A program made the position numbers and the translations under genes. A stretch of DNA of 64,000 nucleotides from an uncultured Holophagales bacterium (GTDB lineage: Bacteria > Acidobacteriota > Thermoanaerobaculia > Multivoradales > UBA5704), in NCBI GenBank assembly GCA_963842525.1, contig CAWJGT010000023.1, forward strand, positions 32,001 to 96,000. Direction: 5' to 3'. The notes below the pieces were generated by a model. It worked only from the letters and a program-made list of their open reading frames with translations, was not told the origin of the DNA and made no database searches. Numbering within the stretch: the stretch's first letter is position 1; each line of letters starts with the position of its first letter. Positions 49,029 through 58,366 of the stretch are shown one piece after another.

Positions 49029-51137
49029 TCACCGGCTGAGCTGTGCCCCCCGCCGTACAGCTCCCCGTGGCTGCGCGAAGGATCGTCCAGTATCCAAAAG
49101 CCGATCGGGGGTCTCCTTCCGGACGACCCGGATCGTCACCTGCCGCACGATCCACTCCTTGTCGGGGAACTCGGAAGGGTAGAGCTTGCGCTTGCGCGGC
49201 GCCTCCCCCGCCATCATCGTGAAGAGCTGGCCGAGCACGCCCTTCGGCACTCCCCGCTTGACCGACAATGGCTGCTCCAGCGCCGGCATCCGCAACCAGT
49301 CGAAGCTCGTCGTGCCCCTGGTGGCGAAGATCTTGAAGATGTCGGTCCCCGCGGTGAAGCCGGGGGGCAGCCAACCGCGGACCGCCAGCGGCAGGGACTC
49401 CTCGGGACCGAGCGTATGGTCCGTCAGGCCGTAGCGCGGCGGCCAGATCGCCTCGATGGACCAGTCGGGCCGCAGGTCGAGCACGGCGATGCTGAGGTCC
49501 CACGGCGAGCCGTTGAAGATCTCGACCCGGACGACTTCGTCGGGAGCAGCTTCGACGACTCCTGGCTCGGGCCGGCCGGGGATCCGTACCTCGAACCGCT
49601 CGAAGAGCGGATGCGGCTGTGGGTTCTCGAGCTCCGCGATCGTCCGGTAGCGGGCGAGGTGGTCCAGGCGCCTCAGCAGCCGTGGCACCGATGCGGCCTG
49701 GGAGATCGGCAGCGGCGGATGCAGCGGGATCGGTGAGCCTCCACGGTCCAGGATCTCGTACTCCCCCTGGTCGGCGACGGCCACCTGGAGATCGGCCTCC
49801 CTGCCGTCCTCCACAAGGCTGATAAAGCCCGGCGCCCTCTCGGCGAGAGACCGGCGAGCCAGGTCGAGGGCACTTTCCTCACCAGGGACCGGCACGCCTT
49901 CCGTGCGCGGCACGACGGCCACCGCACGCTGGAGCGAGAGGGGGCCCGCCGCCGTGAGGACAGCCTGCGCTCCGGGCTCGATCGGGCCCGGCGACAGCTC
50001 GCGGACGACTTCGGCCCAGGACTCCACCGCCCCGGCCTGCCGGACCTCGACGAGCGCCTGCCGGAGGTCGCTCCGGTCAACCTGCGCCCCCGGAGGGAAG
50101 ATGGTGAATTGCTCCCCGACCCGCACGCCCTGCGCCCGGCCGGTGTTGAGCAGGAGCTGCCCCCTCTCGAGGCGGATCACCAGGACAGGCCCGCCGGTCT
50201 CGACGGGGAGATCTCCGGAGGCCCGTACGGCGTCAGTGCGGCTCGTACCGAGGAAGGGCCGGTCGCCATCGCCCAGGAGCACGGGCGTCTGTTGGGGGAG
50301 GAGGCCGTGGATGCGCGCCACGAGGAGGCCGTGAAGCTGGCGGCAGGCGAGGCCCGTGCCCTGGCGGCGGAGGATATCGAGCAGCCAGTAGGTCAAGGCT
50401 CCGTGCTGCTCTCTGTCCGGAAAGGGCATCTCCATGGCGCGCTCGCGCTCCCGGCAGGCGGCGACGAGGACGTAGCCGTCGGCCGGGGGGAGCCAGCCTG
50501 GACCGCCCAACCCTGCCGGGTGGAGCCGGCGCCAGGCCTCCACGAGGTCTTCACGGGTCCCCGCCCCGCTCTCCGCCGGCCGGGCCGTCCGATCGACGCG
50601 CAGTTTTCCGCGCGCCACGGCTCCTGTTCGCCCCCGGGTCGCGCCGCCGCTGTGGCAACTGTCGAGGACGACGGTGACCGAGAGGCCGCGGGCCGTCATC
50701 CGGTGCAGGAGCAGCCCCAGCTCGACGTCGCGAAGATAGCGGGTCTCCGAGAGGCAGATGTCGCATGGCGCCAGGCACTCGTCCCAGCCGCTCTCCCCCT
50801 TGAGCTCAGGGAACAGGGTCGGCGTCCGTGCGCCGTGGCCGGCATAGTGGATGTAGACCTGGTCGCCTGGGAGGGCGGCTTCGGTGACCTGCCGGAAGGC
50901 GGCGACGATGTTCTCGTAGGTGGGCCGCCGCCGTGGATCGCCGGCCGGCATACCGGGGGCCGCCGTCAGCTCGACCATCTGGTTATCGGGCAGCTCAAAG
51001 CGGTCGCGCACGAAGGCTGCCACGGCTTCGACATCCCCGACCGCGCCCGCCAGGTCTGGACAGGAATCCCCGTCCGGGAAGTGGTTTGGCGCATAGTCGC
51101 CAACCCCGATCAGCAAGGCGAACAGGCGGGAGCTCAT
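49029..51137 (-). CDS. caspase family (peptidase C14/metacaspase) protein with C-terminal accessory domains
   Basis: ALLIGV..Y, L.GAVGDV, IHYAGHG (His), VLDSCHSGG (Cys), HGALT; ATGA overlap with the upstream gene. Confidence 0.9.
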   Translation of the reverse strand: MSSRLFALLIGVGDYAPNHFPDGDSCPDLAGAVGDVEAVAAFVRDRFELPDNQMVELTAAPGMPAGDPRRRPTYENIVAAFRQVTEAALPGDQVYIHYAGHGARTPTLFPELKGESGWDECLAPCDICLSETRYLRDVELGLLLHRMTARGLSVTVVLDSCHSGGATRGRTGAVARGKLRVDRTARPAESGAGTREDLVEAWRRLHPAGLGGPGWLPPADGYVLVAACRERERAMEMPFPDREQHGALTYWLLDILRRQGTGLACRQLHGLLVARIHGLLPQQTPVLLGDGDRPFLGTSRTDAVRASGDLPVETGGPVLVIRLERGQLLLNTGRAQGVRVGEQFTIFPPGAQVDRSDLRQALVEVRQAGAVESWAEVVRELSPGPIEPGAQAVLTAAGPLSLQRAVAVVPRTEGVPVPGEESALDLARRSLAERAPGFISLVEDGREADLQVAVADQGEYEILDRGGSPIPLHPPLPISQAASVPRLLRRLDHLARYRTIAELENPQPHPLFERFEVRIPGRPEPGVVEAAPDEVVRVEIFNGSPWDLSIAVLDLRPDWSIEAIWPPRYGLTDHTLGPEESLPLAVRGWLPPGFTAGTDIFKIFATRGTTSFDWLRMPALEQPLSVKRGVPKGVLGQLFTMMAGEAPRKRKLYPSEFPDKEWIVRQVTIRVVRKETPDRLLDTGRSFAQPRGAVRRGAQLSR

Positions 51138-52564
51138 GCCGAAGCCGCGGGTCTGGGCAGCCGCACAGCGGGATCGCCGAGCACGATGTAGTTGCGGGCG
51201 TCGTTGCAGGCGATCCACAAGGTGGCCAGGTACTCCGGATCCTCCGGCCCACGGTTGCGCAGACGCTGCAGCTCCTTGGCCAGCGGGACCGAGAGCCTAG
51301 CGAAGCGTTCGCCGAATACCTCCATGGCCTCTCCCACCGGCCGTCCCTGGAGGATCATGTCCAGTGCGTCCTCGAAGGGTTGGATCTGCTGGCCGGCGCC
51401 GCCCCATTCGATGGAGGACGGCCAAGCCGTCTCGATGTGGCCGATCACGGCGAGAGCCCCGCCCCTCGGATGTGCGAGGAGCCGCTGCGGCAGGCGGGCG
51501 ACGAACGGTTGGGGAGCGACCTCTGCCGCAGCGTCCGACTCGTAGCGGAAGTCGTTCTCCCGCGGGGAACCCGCGCTGTAGCAGGCGAAATGGAAGGAGA
51601 TCATCCCCCGCAGGCGCTCGGTTTCTGGACAGAGGTCGTTGGCGCAGAAGAAAAACTCCCGTGGCGCCGGCCCTTTGAACCGGTTCGGCCCGGGGTGCTC
51701 CCGGCACACAATGGAGCCCTGATACTCCTGCAGGACCGCGCTCTCGCGGCGCAGGACCATGCCGTGGCTGGCGGTGAACAGGAAATCCGGCGTCTCGTCG
51801 CCGCCCAGCAGGCGGCGCAGGCGGACCTTGGTCGCTTCCTGCCGGAACGCCTCGTTCACCTCCCAGCCGGCCTGGTCCCGGGCGCGTTTCGCGAGCGGCT
51901 CCGCCAGGTGGCGGACGCTGAGCTCGGTCGCCGGGTCGCCCTCATGCTCGACAGCAAAAAAGGCGGCCGTGCGGCCCTGCTTCGGCGGCTCCGTCTCCGC
52001 GGCCACGACCTGGCAGGCGTAGCGCTCGTATTCCGCGAGCGTGTCGAAGCAGATCCGTCCAACCGCGTACTCGATGTCAAGCTCGTACTGGAAGTCCCAG
52101 GGGATCTCTTCCGGGCCTCCTACGATCAAGAGGTAGTACGGCATTTTCGCCGGCTCGACCGCGTCCGGACCTACGCCGAACCGGCGCAGGTAAGCGTCCT
52201 TGGTGTCCCCGGCCTTATACCCCTCCTCGGAGACAAGCTCGCGGTAGTAGTGGGGGCGCTTGATGCCGACCTGGCTCTTGCGCAGGTCCAGAAGAGGTCG
52301 GAGAGCCTTCAGGAGGTCGAACGTCCGTTCGTCATTCTGGGCAAAGATAATTCCCCAGCCTGCCTGCGAGAGATCGCCGGCATCGGCTTTCCGGTCACGC
52401 AGCCGCCTCTCCCGGCCCTTGACCCAGAGCTGGAGATCCTCGACATCCTCCCGCTCGGGCTGCCGGCGGACCCATGCCGCGAACTCTTCGACCGTGGCTG
52501 GAGAGTAGGCGTACTCTCCGGTCTCGAACTGGATCCCATTGGGGACGAGCAGTCTCTGCTCCAT
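51134..52564 (-). CDS. clan CD cysteine peptidase (C25/gingipain-like)
   Basis: RBS GAGGAGG; PYYLLIVG...IPWDFQY.L...AVGR, LFTASHG (His), FHFACYSAG (Cys), LAVIGH, YIVLGDPAVRL. Confidence 0.75.
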   Translation of the reverse strand: MEQRLLVPNGIQFETGEYAYSPATVEEFAAWVRRQPEREDVEDLQLWVKGRERRLRDRKADAGDLSQAGWGIIFAQNDERTFDLLKALRPLLDLRKSQVGIKRPHYYRELVSEEGYKAGDTKDAYLRRFGVGPDAVEPAKMPYYLLIVGGPEEIPWDFQYELDIEYAVGRICFDTLAEYERYACQVVAAETEPPKQGRTAAFFAVEHEGDPATELSVRHLAEPLAKRARDQAGWEVNEAFRQEATKVRLRRLLGGDETPDFLFTASHGMVLRRESAVLQEYQGSIVCREHPGPNRFKGPAPREFFFCANDLCPETERLRGMISFHFACYSAGSPRENDFRYESDAAAEVAPQPFVARLPQRLLAHPRGGALAVIGHIETAWPSSIEWGGAGQQIQPFEDALDMILQGRPVGEAMEVFGERFARLSVPLAKELQRLRNRGPEDPEYLATLWIACNDARNYIVLGDPAVRLPRPAASA

Positions 52565-52648
52565 CGCGTCCTCCTCGGTCGTGGCGATGGAGGCGGCGGG
52601 GCTGAGGAACCCGCCGCCTCCCTATCCTTTCGCGGTCCGAGCCCGGGG

Positions 52649-52867
52649 TCAGTAGGTGCTGGGATCGTCGGAGGCCTTGCCGTAGCCCGGCTTGATAGGC
52701 TGGTCCGGGATCGGATCGTCGCCCGGCTCGCCGTAGCCGGGTTTAGGCGGCACGTCCGGGATCGGATCGTCGCCCGGCTCGCCGAATCCGGGCTTGGGCG
52801 GTCGGTCCACAATCACATCGCCCGTCTTCAATGCCTGCGGATCCACCGGCTGCTTCATGTCGCTCAT
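52649..52867 (-). CDS. 72-aa peptide with three PxKPG(F/Y)Gx(P/A)xDDP repeats
   Basis: RBS AAAGGAG before ATG 52867; 51-bp repeats vary at synonymous positions, which supports coding. Confidence 0.75.
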   Translation of the reverse strand: MSDMKQPVDPQALKTGDVIVDRPPKPGFGEPGDDPIPDVPPKPGYGEPGDDPIPDQPIKPGYGKASDDPSTY

Positions 52868-52912
52868 CAGGGTGTCTCCTTTCTGATTAGCTCGGCCGTT
52901 CTCTTTCCCAAT

Positions 52913-52938
52913 AGACACGGGGGGGCATGGTTTTGTTT
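52913..52938 (-). promoter_or_regulatory. putative ECF promoter for the peptide-C25-caspase operon
   Basis: Minus strand AACAAAA-N11-CGTGTCT; the same motif lies upstream of the ZorA-like gene (25227-25250). Confidence 0.5.
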
Positions 52939-52941
52939 GGC

Positions 52942-55900
52942 TCACTTCCAATCACCCTGAAGGACGAAGCCAGCCCAGTAGTAGGGAGCCTCCCAACCCG
53001 GATGGCTCCGCACGGCCATCTGGGCTTTCCGCAAGGCCGCTGCCGGGGAGAGCCCTTCGCGGAGCATGGCGCTGTAAAAGTGCGTCATCAGCTCTGCGGT
53101 GGCTCGATCGCTCACACTCCAGAGGCTGACCACGACCCCCTTGGCGCCAGCATAGAGGAATCCGCGCGTCAGACGAGACACACCCTCGCCCCTGACATCC
53201 TCACCCAAGGCTGTCTCGCAGGCGCTCAAAACGACGAGCTCCACGGGGAGATCCAGACCGTAGATTTCCAGGGCATGGAGAAAGCCTTCCCGCCGGTTAC
53301 CCTGCTCATCGAACTGGGAAAGGACGATGCCCGACAGCTCGGGATGCGGATCGAGCTTGCCGTGGGTAGCGAAGTGGACGATGCGATACTGTCCAAGCAG
53401 CGGGCTCTTCGCGGTCTCGAGATTGGCATCGAAGCCGAGCGCGCGGAAGGACTCCCCGGCGGGGACGAAGGAGAGAATTGCTTCCGCCTCGGCCCTTGAC
53501 CAATACAGGGGCGGCAGATCCTGGAAGTCCTCTTCGATCGCCGCACGGGATGACGTGCCGAGGGCGGCGGCGAGCCGCGAATCCGCGGGGCCGAACACGG
53601 GGTCGGCCAGCACCGCCACAGCGTGAGGCGCCGGCCGGCGCAGGGCCCTGTCCCGGCGAAGAAGGGCCAGAGCGGAGGCGGAAGGGAGATGGACGATCTC
53701 GTGGCCGGCCACCAGGGGGCGCGCCGGCACGCCCGCTTCCCCGCCAAGCTCGGGCAGCGCCGCGAACGGAACCAGGTGGAGCGCTCCGTCCGCGACGATC
53801 AACAGTCGCTTCGCTTCAAGACGACCGGAGACCGGCGCGAGCAGCAGGTCCGAGAGCCTGCGCGCGGCTGCCGCGAACTCTCCCTGGGCAGCACGTCGAC
53901 GGTTCCTGACCAGAAATTGGCCGAGATCGAGGACCGCCGCCTCGATCGTGCGACGTTCCGGGAGATCAAAGACCTCCAGAGAATCGCGGCCGACGAGGAA
54001 CAAAAAGCTCCGTGGCTCCGCCAGCACATAAGAGAGCAGGAGGGAGTCGCCGTCCAGCACCTCGCGCCGGACCTCCTGAAGAGTCAGGGGGCTGGATTGG
54101 ACCAGGGCAGCGTATCTTGGACTGGCGGCGCGGATCTCGGCCTGCAGGTGGTCATGCTGGACCACGAGGTCCGAAAGCTCCCGCTCCAGGGCAGCCAGCC
54201 GCCGCAAAGATTCCTCGTCCTGAGGCCTCGAGGGCCAGATCTGAAGCGCGCGCTCGCGCTTCTTGATCTCCCGCAAGAGGCGTGTCTCGGCCTCGATGAG
54301 ATTGGGATCGACCCCGGTGCGGAGGTCGGCTTGCGATTCGGCCAGCTCGTCGAGCAGCGACCGGGCCCGTGCCCGCTCGCTCACCTCGAATGCCTGGACA
54401 TCCAATCCCTTGCCGGGCTCGCGCCGGTGCGACCGGATGAGCAGGTCGATATAGAAAAGATATCGCTCGCGTACCTGAGCGGCGAACGAGGACCGCAGAT
54501 CCTGGCTGGTCGTACCAGTCCGCAGGGACTCGGTCAAGTCGAGCCCCTCTGAGGCGAGGTTGCGGGCAGTAGGGAGATCGCCGAGGTCACGCCAAGCCCG
54601 CGCAGCACCGTCGAGGATCCGGGCCTCAGAGTCGGCATCGCCCGCCGCCTGTGCCAGCTTCCGGGCCTCGTCGAACAGGCGGACGGCCTCGGTTTCACGA
54701 TTTTCGAGATCGCAGATCCGGGCCAGATTGCCGAGCGCGTAAGCTTTTCCACGGATGTCGTCGATCCGGCGCGCAACCTTGAGTGCCTTCTCCAAATACG
54801 CCTTGGCCTGATCGATCTGCCCGGCTTCGAGAAGGAGATGCCCCATCCAGGAAAGAGTGGACGTCTCGTTCTGGGCCTCACCGAGCCGCTGCGTCAACTC
54901 CAGGGCTCTAGACAGATTGTCGAGGGCCTCGGGGACCTTCCCCAGCTCCAGGTACGCCGCGCCGATGCTGCTCAAGGTGACAGCTTCCCTGGCGAGCTCC
55001 CGCTCCACGCCGTGCTGCAGCAAGAGCGCCTCCTGGAAGGAGCGGAGAGCCTCGGACGGCCTCCCCATGGCCAGGTCCACTTGACCGATGTTGGAAAGGA
55101 TGATGGCCTGGTTCCCGCGCCCTCCGAGCTTCCTCCAGAGGGCGAGCGACCGATGGTAGAAGGCAAGGGCGTCCTGGACTCTCCCTCGCCTCTTGTAGAC
55201 CAGGGCGATGTTGCTCAAGGTGTCGGCCTCACCAGGGCCGTCGCCGAGTTGTTGATAGAGGGAAAGAGACCGGAGATAGGCCCCGAGAGCCTGTTCGAGG
55301 TCACCGAGGTGGTAGCGCGACCGGCCGATGGCGTCAACAAGCAGCGCCTCGCCGGCCCGATCTCCTGCGGCGAGGAACAAAGGCAATGCCTGTTCGAAGA
55401 GGTTGCGCGCTTTCTGATGCTCTCCGAGGTTCTCATAGCTGCTGCCGAGCCAGAGGAGCGTGAGCGCCCGCTCCCGGGGCTCGGTGGCCGCATCCCAGAG
55501 ATCGAAGGCGCGTTCAAGCTCTCTGATCGTATGACGGTGCGCCTTGGCCGAGGGTTCCCGGCGCGAGGCAAGGCCTCGCGAAAGGTGGATTGCCGCGAGA
55601 GCCCGGCGGCGGTCTGTCAATGTGGCGCGACGGGAGGTCTCGAGCGAGAGGGCATAGATGCCTGCCCGGCTCGAGCCGAGCTCCAGCCGGTAGCCTCCGT
55701 TGACCTCAGCAACCGCAAGGAGGGGCTCCGGAGGCAGCAGGCCACTACCAGGCGCTTCCAGATCGAGCAGACACTCTCCCGTGGGACTGAAGAGGGTGAC
55801 CCGGAGATCGATGCCACGGCTGGCAATCTTTCCCCGGAGAGCCTCCCCGGCCTTCAACGGGATCTCATATGCCTGGAGGTCTTGCCCGCCGCGCAGCTTC

Positions 55901-56055
55901 CCCTGGACGGCATCGCCGGGCCAGAGCCGGCGCGCGGGAACCTTCGGCGTTCCCGGGGATGATGAGCGAACTGGAAGGCCGGAGCTGAGGGCAAGAGCCT
56001 CAAGGCCAAGGAGGCTGACGACAACCCAAGCTGTCGATGATGTCCGCGGTCTCAC
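52942..56055 (-). CDS. TPR-CHAT protease with an N-terminal hydrophobic segment and PPC-like domain
   Basis: TPR array; ERARARSL, DGALHLVPFAAL, VHFATHG, VLSACETALG, VVSLWSV, PYYWAGFVLQG. Confidence 0.93.
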   Translation of the reverse strand: MRPRTSSTAWVVVSLLGLEALALSSGLPVRSSSPGTPKVPARRLWPGDAVQGKLRGGQDLQAYEIPLKAGEALRGKIASRGIDLRVTLFSPTGECLLDLEAPGSGLLPPEPLLAVAEVNGGYRLELGSSRAGIYALSLETSRRATLTDRRRALAAIHLSRGLASRREPSAKAHRHTIRELERAFDLWDAATEPRERALTLLWLGSSYENLGEHQKARNLFEQALPLFLAAGDRAGEALLVDAIGRSRYHLGDLEQALGAYLRSLSLYQQLGDGPGEADTLSNIALVYKRRGRVQDALAFYHRSLALWRKLGGRGNQAIILSNIGQVDLAMGRPSEALRSFQEALLLQHGVERELAREAVTLSSIGAAYLELGKVPEALDNLSRALELTQRLGEAQNETSTLSWMGHLLLEAGQIDQAKAYLEKALKVARRIDDIRGKAYALGNLARICDLENRETEAVRLFDEARKLAQAAGDADSEARILDGAARAWRDLGDLPTARNLASEGLDLTESLRTGTTSQDLRSSFAAQVRERYLFYIDLLIRSHRREPGKGLDVQAFEVSERARARSLLDELAESQADLRTGVDPNLIEAETRLLREIKKRERALQIWPSRPQDEESLRRLAALERELSDLVVQHDHLQAEIRAASPRYAALVQSSPLTLQEVRREVLDGDSLLLSYVLAEPRSFLFLVGRDSLEVFDLPERRTIEAAVLDLGQFLVRNRRRAAQGEFAAAARRLSDLLLAPVSGRLEAKRLLIVADGALHLVPFAALPELGGEAGVPARPLVAGHEIVHLPSASALALLRRDRALRRPAPHAVAVLADPVFGPADSRLAAALGTSSRAAIEEDFQDLPPLYWSRAEAEAILSFVPAGESFRALGFDANLETAKSPLLGQYRIVHFATHGKLDPHPELSGIVLSQFDEQGNRREGFLHALEIYGLDLPVELVVLSACETALGEDVRGEGVSRLTRGFLYAGAKGVVVSLWSVSDRATAELMTHFYSAMLREGLSPAAALRKAQMAVRSHPGWEAPYYWAGFVLQGDWK

Positions 56056-56066
56056 ATCGATTCGAT

Positions 56067-56849
56067 TCAGGTGGGAGGGGCGACTTCGAAATCATAGGTG
56101 TCGACAAGCGATCGCTGCGGTCCGCTGCCGCCGTAGAGCTCCAGTTGGTAGCTGCCAGGGGAAAAGTGCTGCCGCGACAGCTCCATGGAAAGAATGCCTT
56201 CCTCATTGCGTGTCAGCCCAGGCTTGACGAGGACTGGCTTGCCGCCATCGCCGGTCCGCCGGAACACCGCCTCGTACTCGGAGAATGCCGGCGCATTCCA
56301 GGCATGGACCATGAGAACGAAGCTCAAGCCGCCGGGCGGCACTACGTTCTCAGCATCTTGCGGACCCGCGCTGCGCCTGACTTCGTCAGGAGCGTACAGG
56401 TCGGCATAGGCGACGTTCACCTGCGGCTGGTTGATCTCCTCGATTGTCCGCCGCAACGCAACCACCCAGACCGACAGCCCCACCGTACAGACGAGCAGCG
56501 CCGCCGCCAGCCCGTAGGCGAATTGCGGCGCGGCGAACCACCGCCGGCTCGTCAAGATCTTCCGCTCCTCCAACCGCGGCCGCAACCGCCGCCAGGCTGC
56601 CTCGACCTGGGCGTCGGACAGGCCGGCCTCCTCCGGCTTGCCGTTCTCGAACTCCTTCAGGTCCAGCAGCAACTGCGAGCAGTCGGGGCAGAGCGCCAGG
56701 TGGTCCTGGATCCGCTCGTCATCCGGCGGGGTCAGCTCGCCGGCGCGATAGGCGACCAGCTCTTCGGGAGTGGGGTGATCGTCCAGGCCGCGCCGGGCCT
56801 TGTCGGCCAGCGCTCGCAGGGTGGGCCCGAGGGGCGGCTTTGCGTCCAC
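56067..56849 (-). CDS. zf-HC2 (ZAS) transmembrane anti-sigma factor
   Basis: HPTPEEL..Y and HLALCPDC zinc motif; one TM; C-terminal beta domain. Confidence 0.85.
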   Translation of the reverse strand: MDAKPPLGPTLRALADKARRGLDDHPTPEELVAYRAGELTPPDDERIQDHLALCPDCSQLLLDLKEFENGKPEEAGLSDAQVEAAWRRLRPRLEERKILTSRRWFAAPQFAYGLAAALLVCTVGLSVWVVALRRTIEEINQPQVNVAYADLYAPDEVRRSAGPQDAENVVPPGGLSFVLMVHAWNAPAFSEYEAVFRRTGDGGKPVLVKPGLTRNEEGILSMELSRQHFSPGSYQLELYGGSGPQRSLVDTYDFEVAPPT

Positions 56850-56862
56850 TCTCTTCTCGCCG

Positions 56863-57525
56863 TCAGAATCCGGGATCGTCGAAATAATCGCCCAGCTTGG
56901 CCTTCAAGGCCTGCCGGGCCTGGAACAGATGCGCCTTCACGGTGTCGATCGAGACCTTCATCAGCTCCGCGATCTCTCGGTATTTGAGGTCCTGGTCCAG
57001 ACGCAGGAGGACGCAGCGGCGCATCTGGGTCGGCAGGTCGTCCAGGGCGCCGTAGAGCAGCCTCGCTCTCTCCTCCGCCAGCACGCCTTCGAGCGGCCCA
57101 CGTCCTCCGGCCTCCAGCAACGTCGTACGGTCCCCTTCCTCCGGTGAGCCTCCCAGGGCCTCGTCCAGCAACACCATCTCGGCATCACGCTTCTGGGTCG
57201 ACTGGCTGCGCAGGGTGTTGCGGTAGACGTTCGCGGCGATCTGCCATAGCCAGGTCTCGAAACGCGCCGCACCCCTGAAATTCGCCAGGCTCCTGTACAC
57301 CCGCAGGAAGGTCTCCTGGACGAGGTCCTGGCACTCCTCGGTCGAGAACCCCCTTTTGGCGAAGAACGAGAAGACCAGGCGCGAGTACCGGCAGAAGATC
57401 AGGTGGAAGCTCTCCTCCATCTCCACGCCCGCCTGCCACCTCTCGATCCATTCGTTGACGGGCCTCCCCCTCTCCGAGCCGGAGGGTGGACGGTCCGAGC
57501 CAAACGAGGTTGGGTGTAAAGCCAT
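56863..57525 (-). CDS. ECF RNA polymerase sigma factor
   Basis: DLVQETFLRVY..FRG.ARFETWL..IA.N (region 2) and LDDLP..R...YREIAELM.VS..TVKAHL.QAR (region 4). Confidence 0.93.
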   Translation of the reverse strand: MALHPTSFGSDRPPSGSERGRPVNEWIERWQAGVEMEESFHLIFCRYSRLVFSFFAKRGFSTEECQDLVQETFLRVYRSLANFRGAARFETWLWQIAANVYRNTLRSQSTQKRDAEMVLLDEALGGSPEEGDRTTLLEAGGRGPLEGVLAEERARLLYGALDDLPTQMRRCVLLRLDQDLKYREIAELMKVSIDTVKAHLFQARQALKAKLGDYFDDPGF

Positions 57526-57601
57526 GCGCCTTCCCCAAGGGTCCCGCGATCACGGAGATCAAGACCTTGTTGAACCCCTATCGTAGCCCACATCAGGGGT
57601 A

Positions 57602-57635
57602 AACAGAAACGGCCGGCGAGGACGCCGGCCGTTTC
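57602..57635 (-). terminator. rho-independent terminator after the YceI gene
   Basis: GAAACGGCCGGCG...CGCCGGCCGTTTC hairpin followed on the minus strand by TGTTT. Confidence 0.65.
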
Positions 57636-57655
57636 CTGGGCGCAGAAAGCGGGCT

Positions 57656-58260
57656 CTACTTGGCGGGAGCCGCGGCTTGGAGGTTCGAACTCGATCGAGA
57701 TGTTGACCTTGACGTCGTCGCCCAGCACGGGACCGGCATCGAGCACGCGGTTCCAGACCACCCCGTAGTCCTTGCGGTTGACCGTAAAGCTCGTCTCGAA
57801 GCCGGCCTTCACGCCGTTCGGGGTCTTGAACGTCCCCAGGACATCCACTGGAATGGTGACCTGCTTGGTCACCCCGTGCATGGTCAGGTCGCCCGTGACG
57901 TCCAGGGTGTCGGCGTCCTTGGCCTTCACCTCGGTGCTGGTGAAGGTGAGGCTCGGGAACTTCTGGACGTCGAAAAAGTCGGCGCCGCGCAGGTGGTTGT
58001 CGCGGTCGGCGTTGCCGGTGTCGATGGACGCCGCGGGGACGGTGAACTCGACGCTGGACGCCGCCGGGTTCTGCTTGTCGTACTTGATCGTCCCGTTCGA
58101 ACTCCTTGAAGCGGCCGGGAACGTTCGAGACGAAGTGCCGGATGCTGAAGCTGACGGCGCTGTGGTCGGGGTCGACCTTGTAGACCACGGCTTCGGCCGA
58201 AGCCAGGGCGGGCGCCAGCAGCGCCAGCGCGAGAGCCAGGGTGAGTGACTTGCGATTCAC
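57656..58260 (-). CDS. YceI family periplasmic protein; two apparent +1 frameshifts (~58098, ~57688)
   Basis: Signal peptide; YKVDPDHSAVSFSIRH..GRF; shifted frame SIDTGNADRDNHLR..DFF, GDLTMHGVTK, NRKDYGV. Confidence 0.88.
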
Positions 58261-58366
58261 GATCTCTGTCCTCCTTCGAGAGGTCTGCAACAGGGCAGCA
58301 GCTCGGGCGCCCTACTCTACACCAACTCGGCGCCCCCGCGCTGTAAGGGATTCGTAAAAGCGAACG

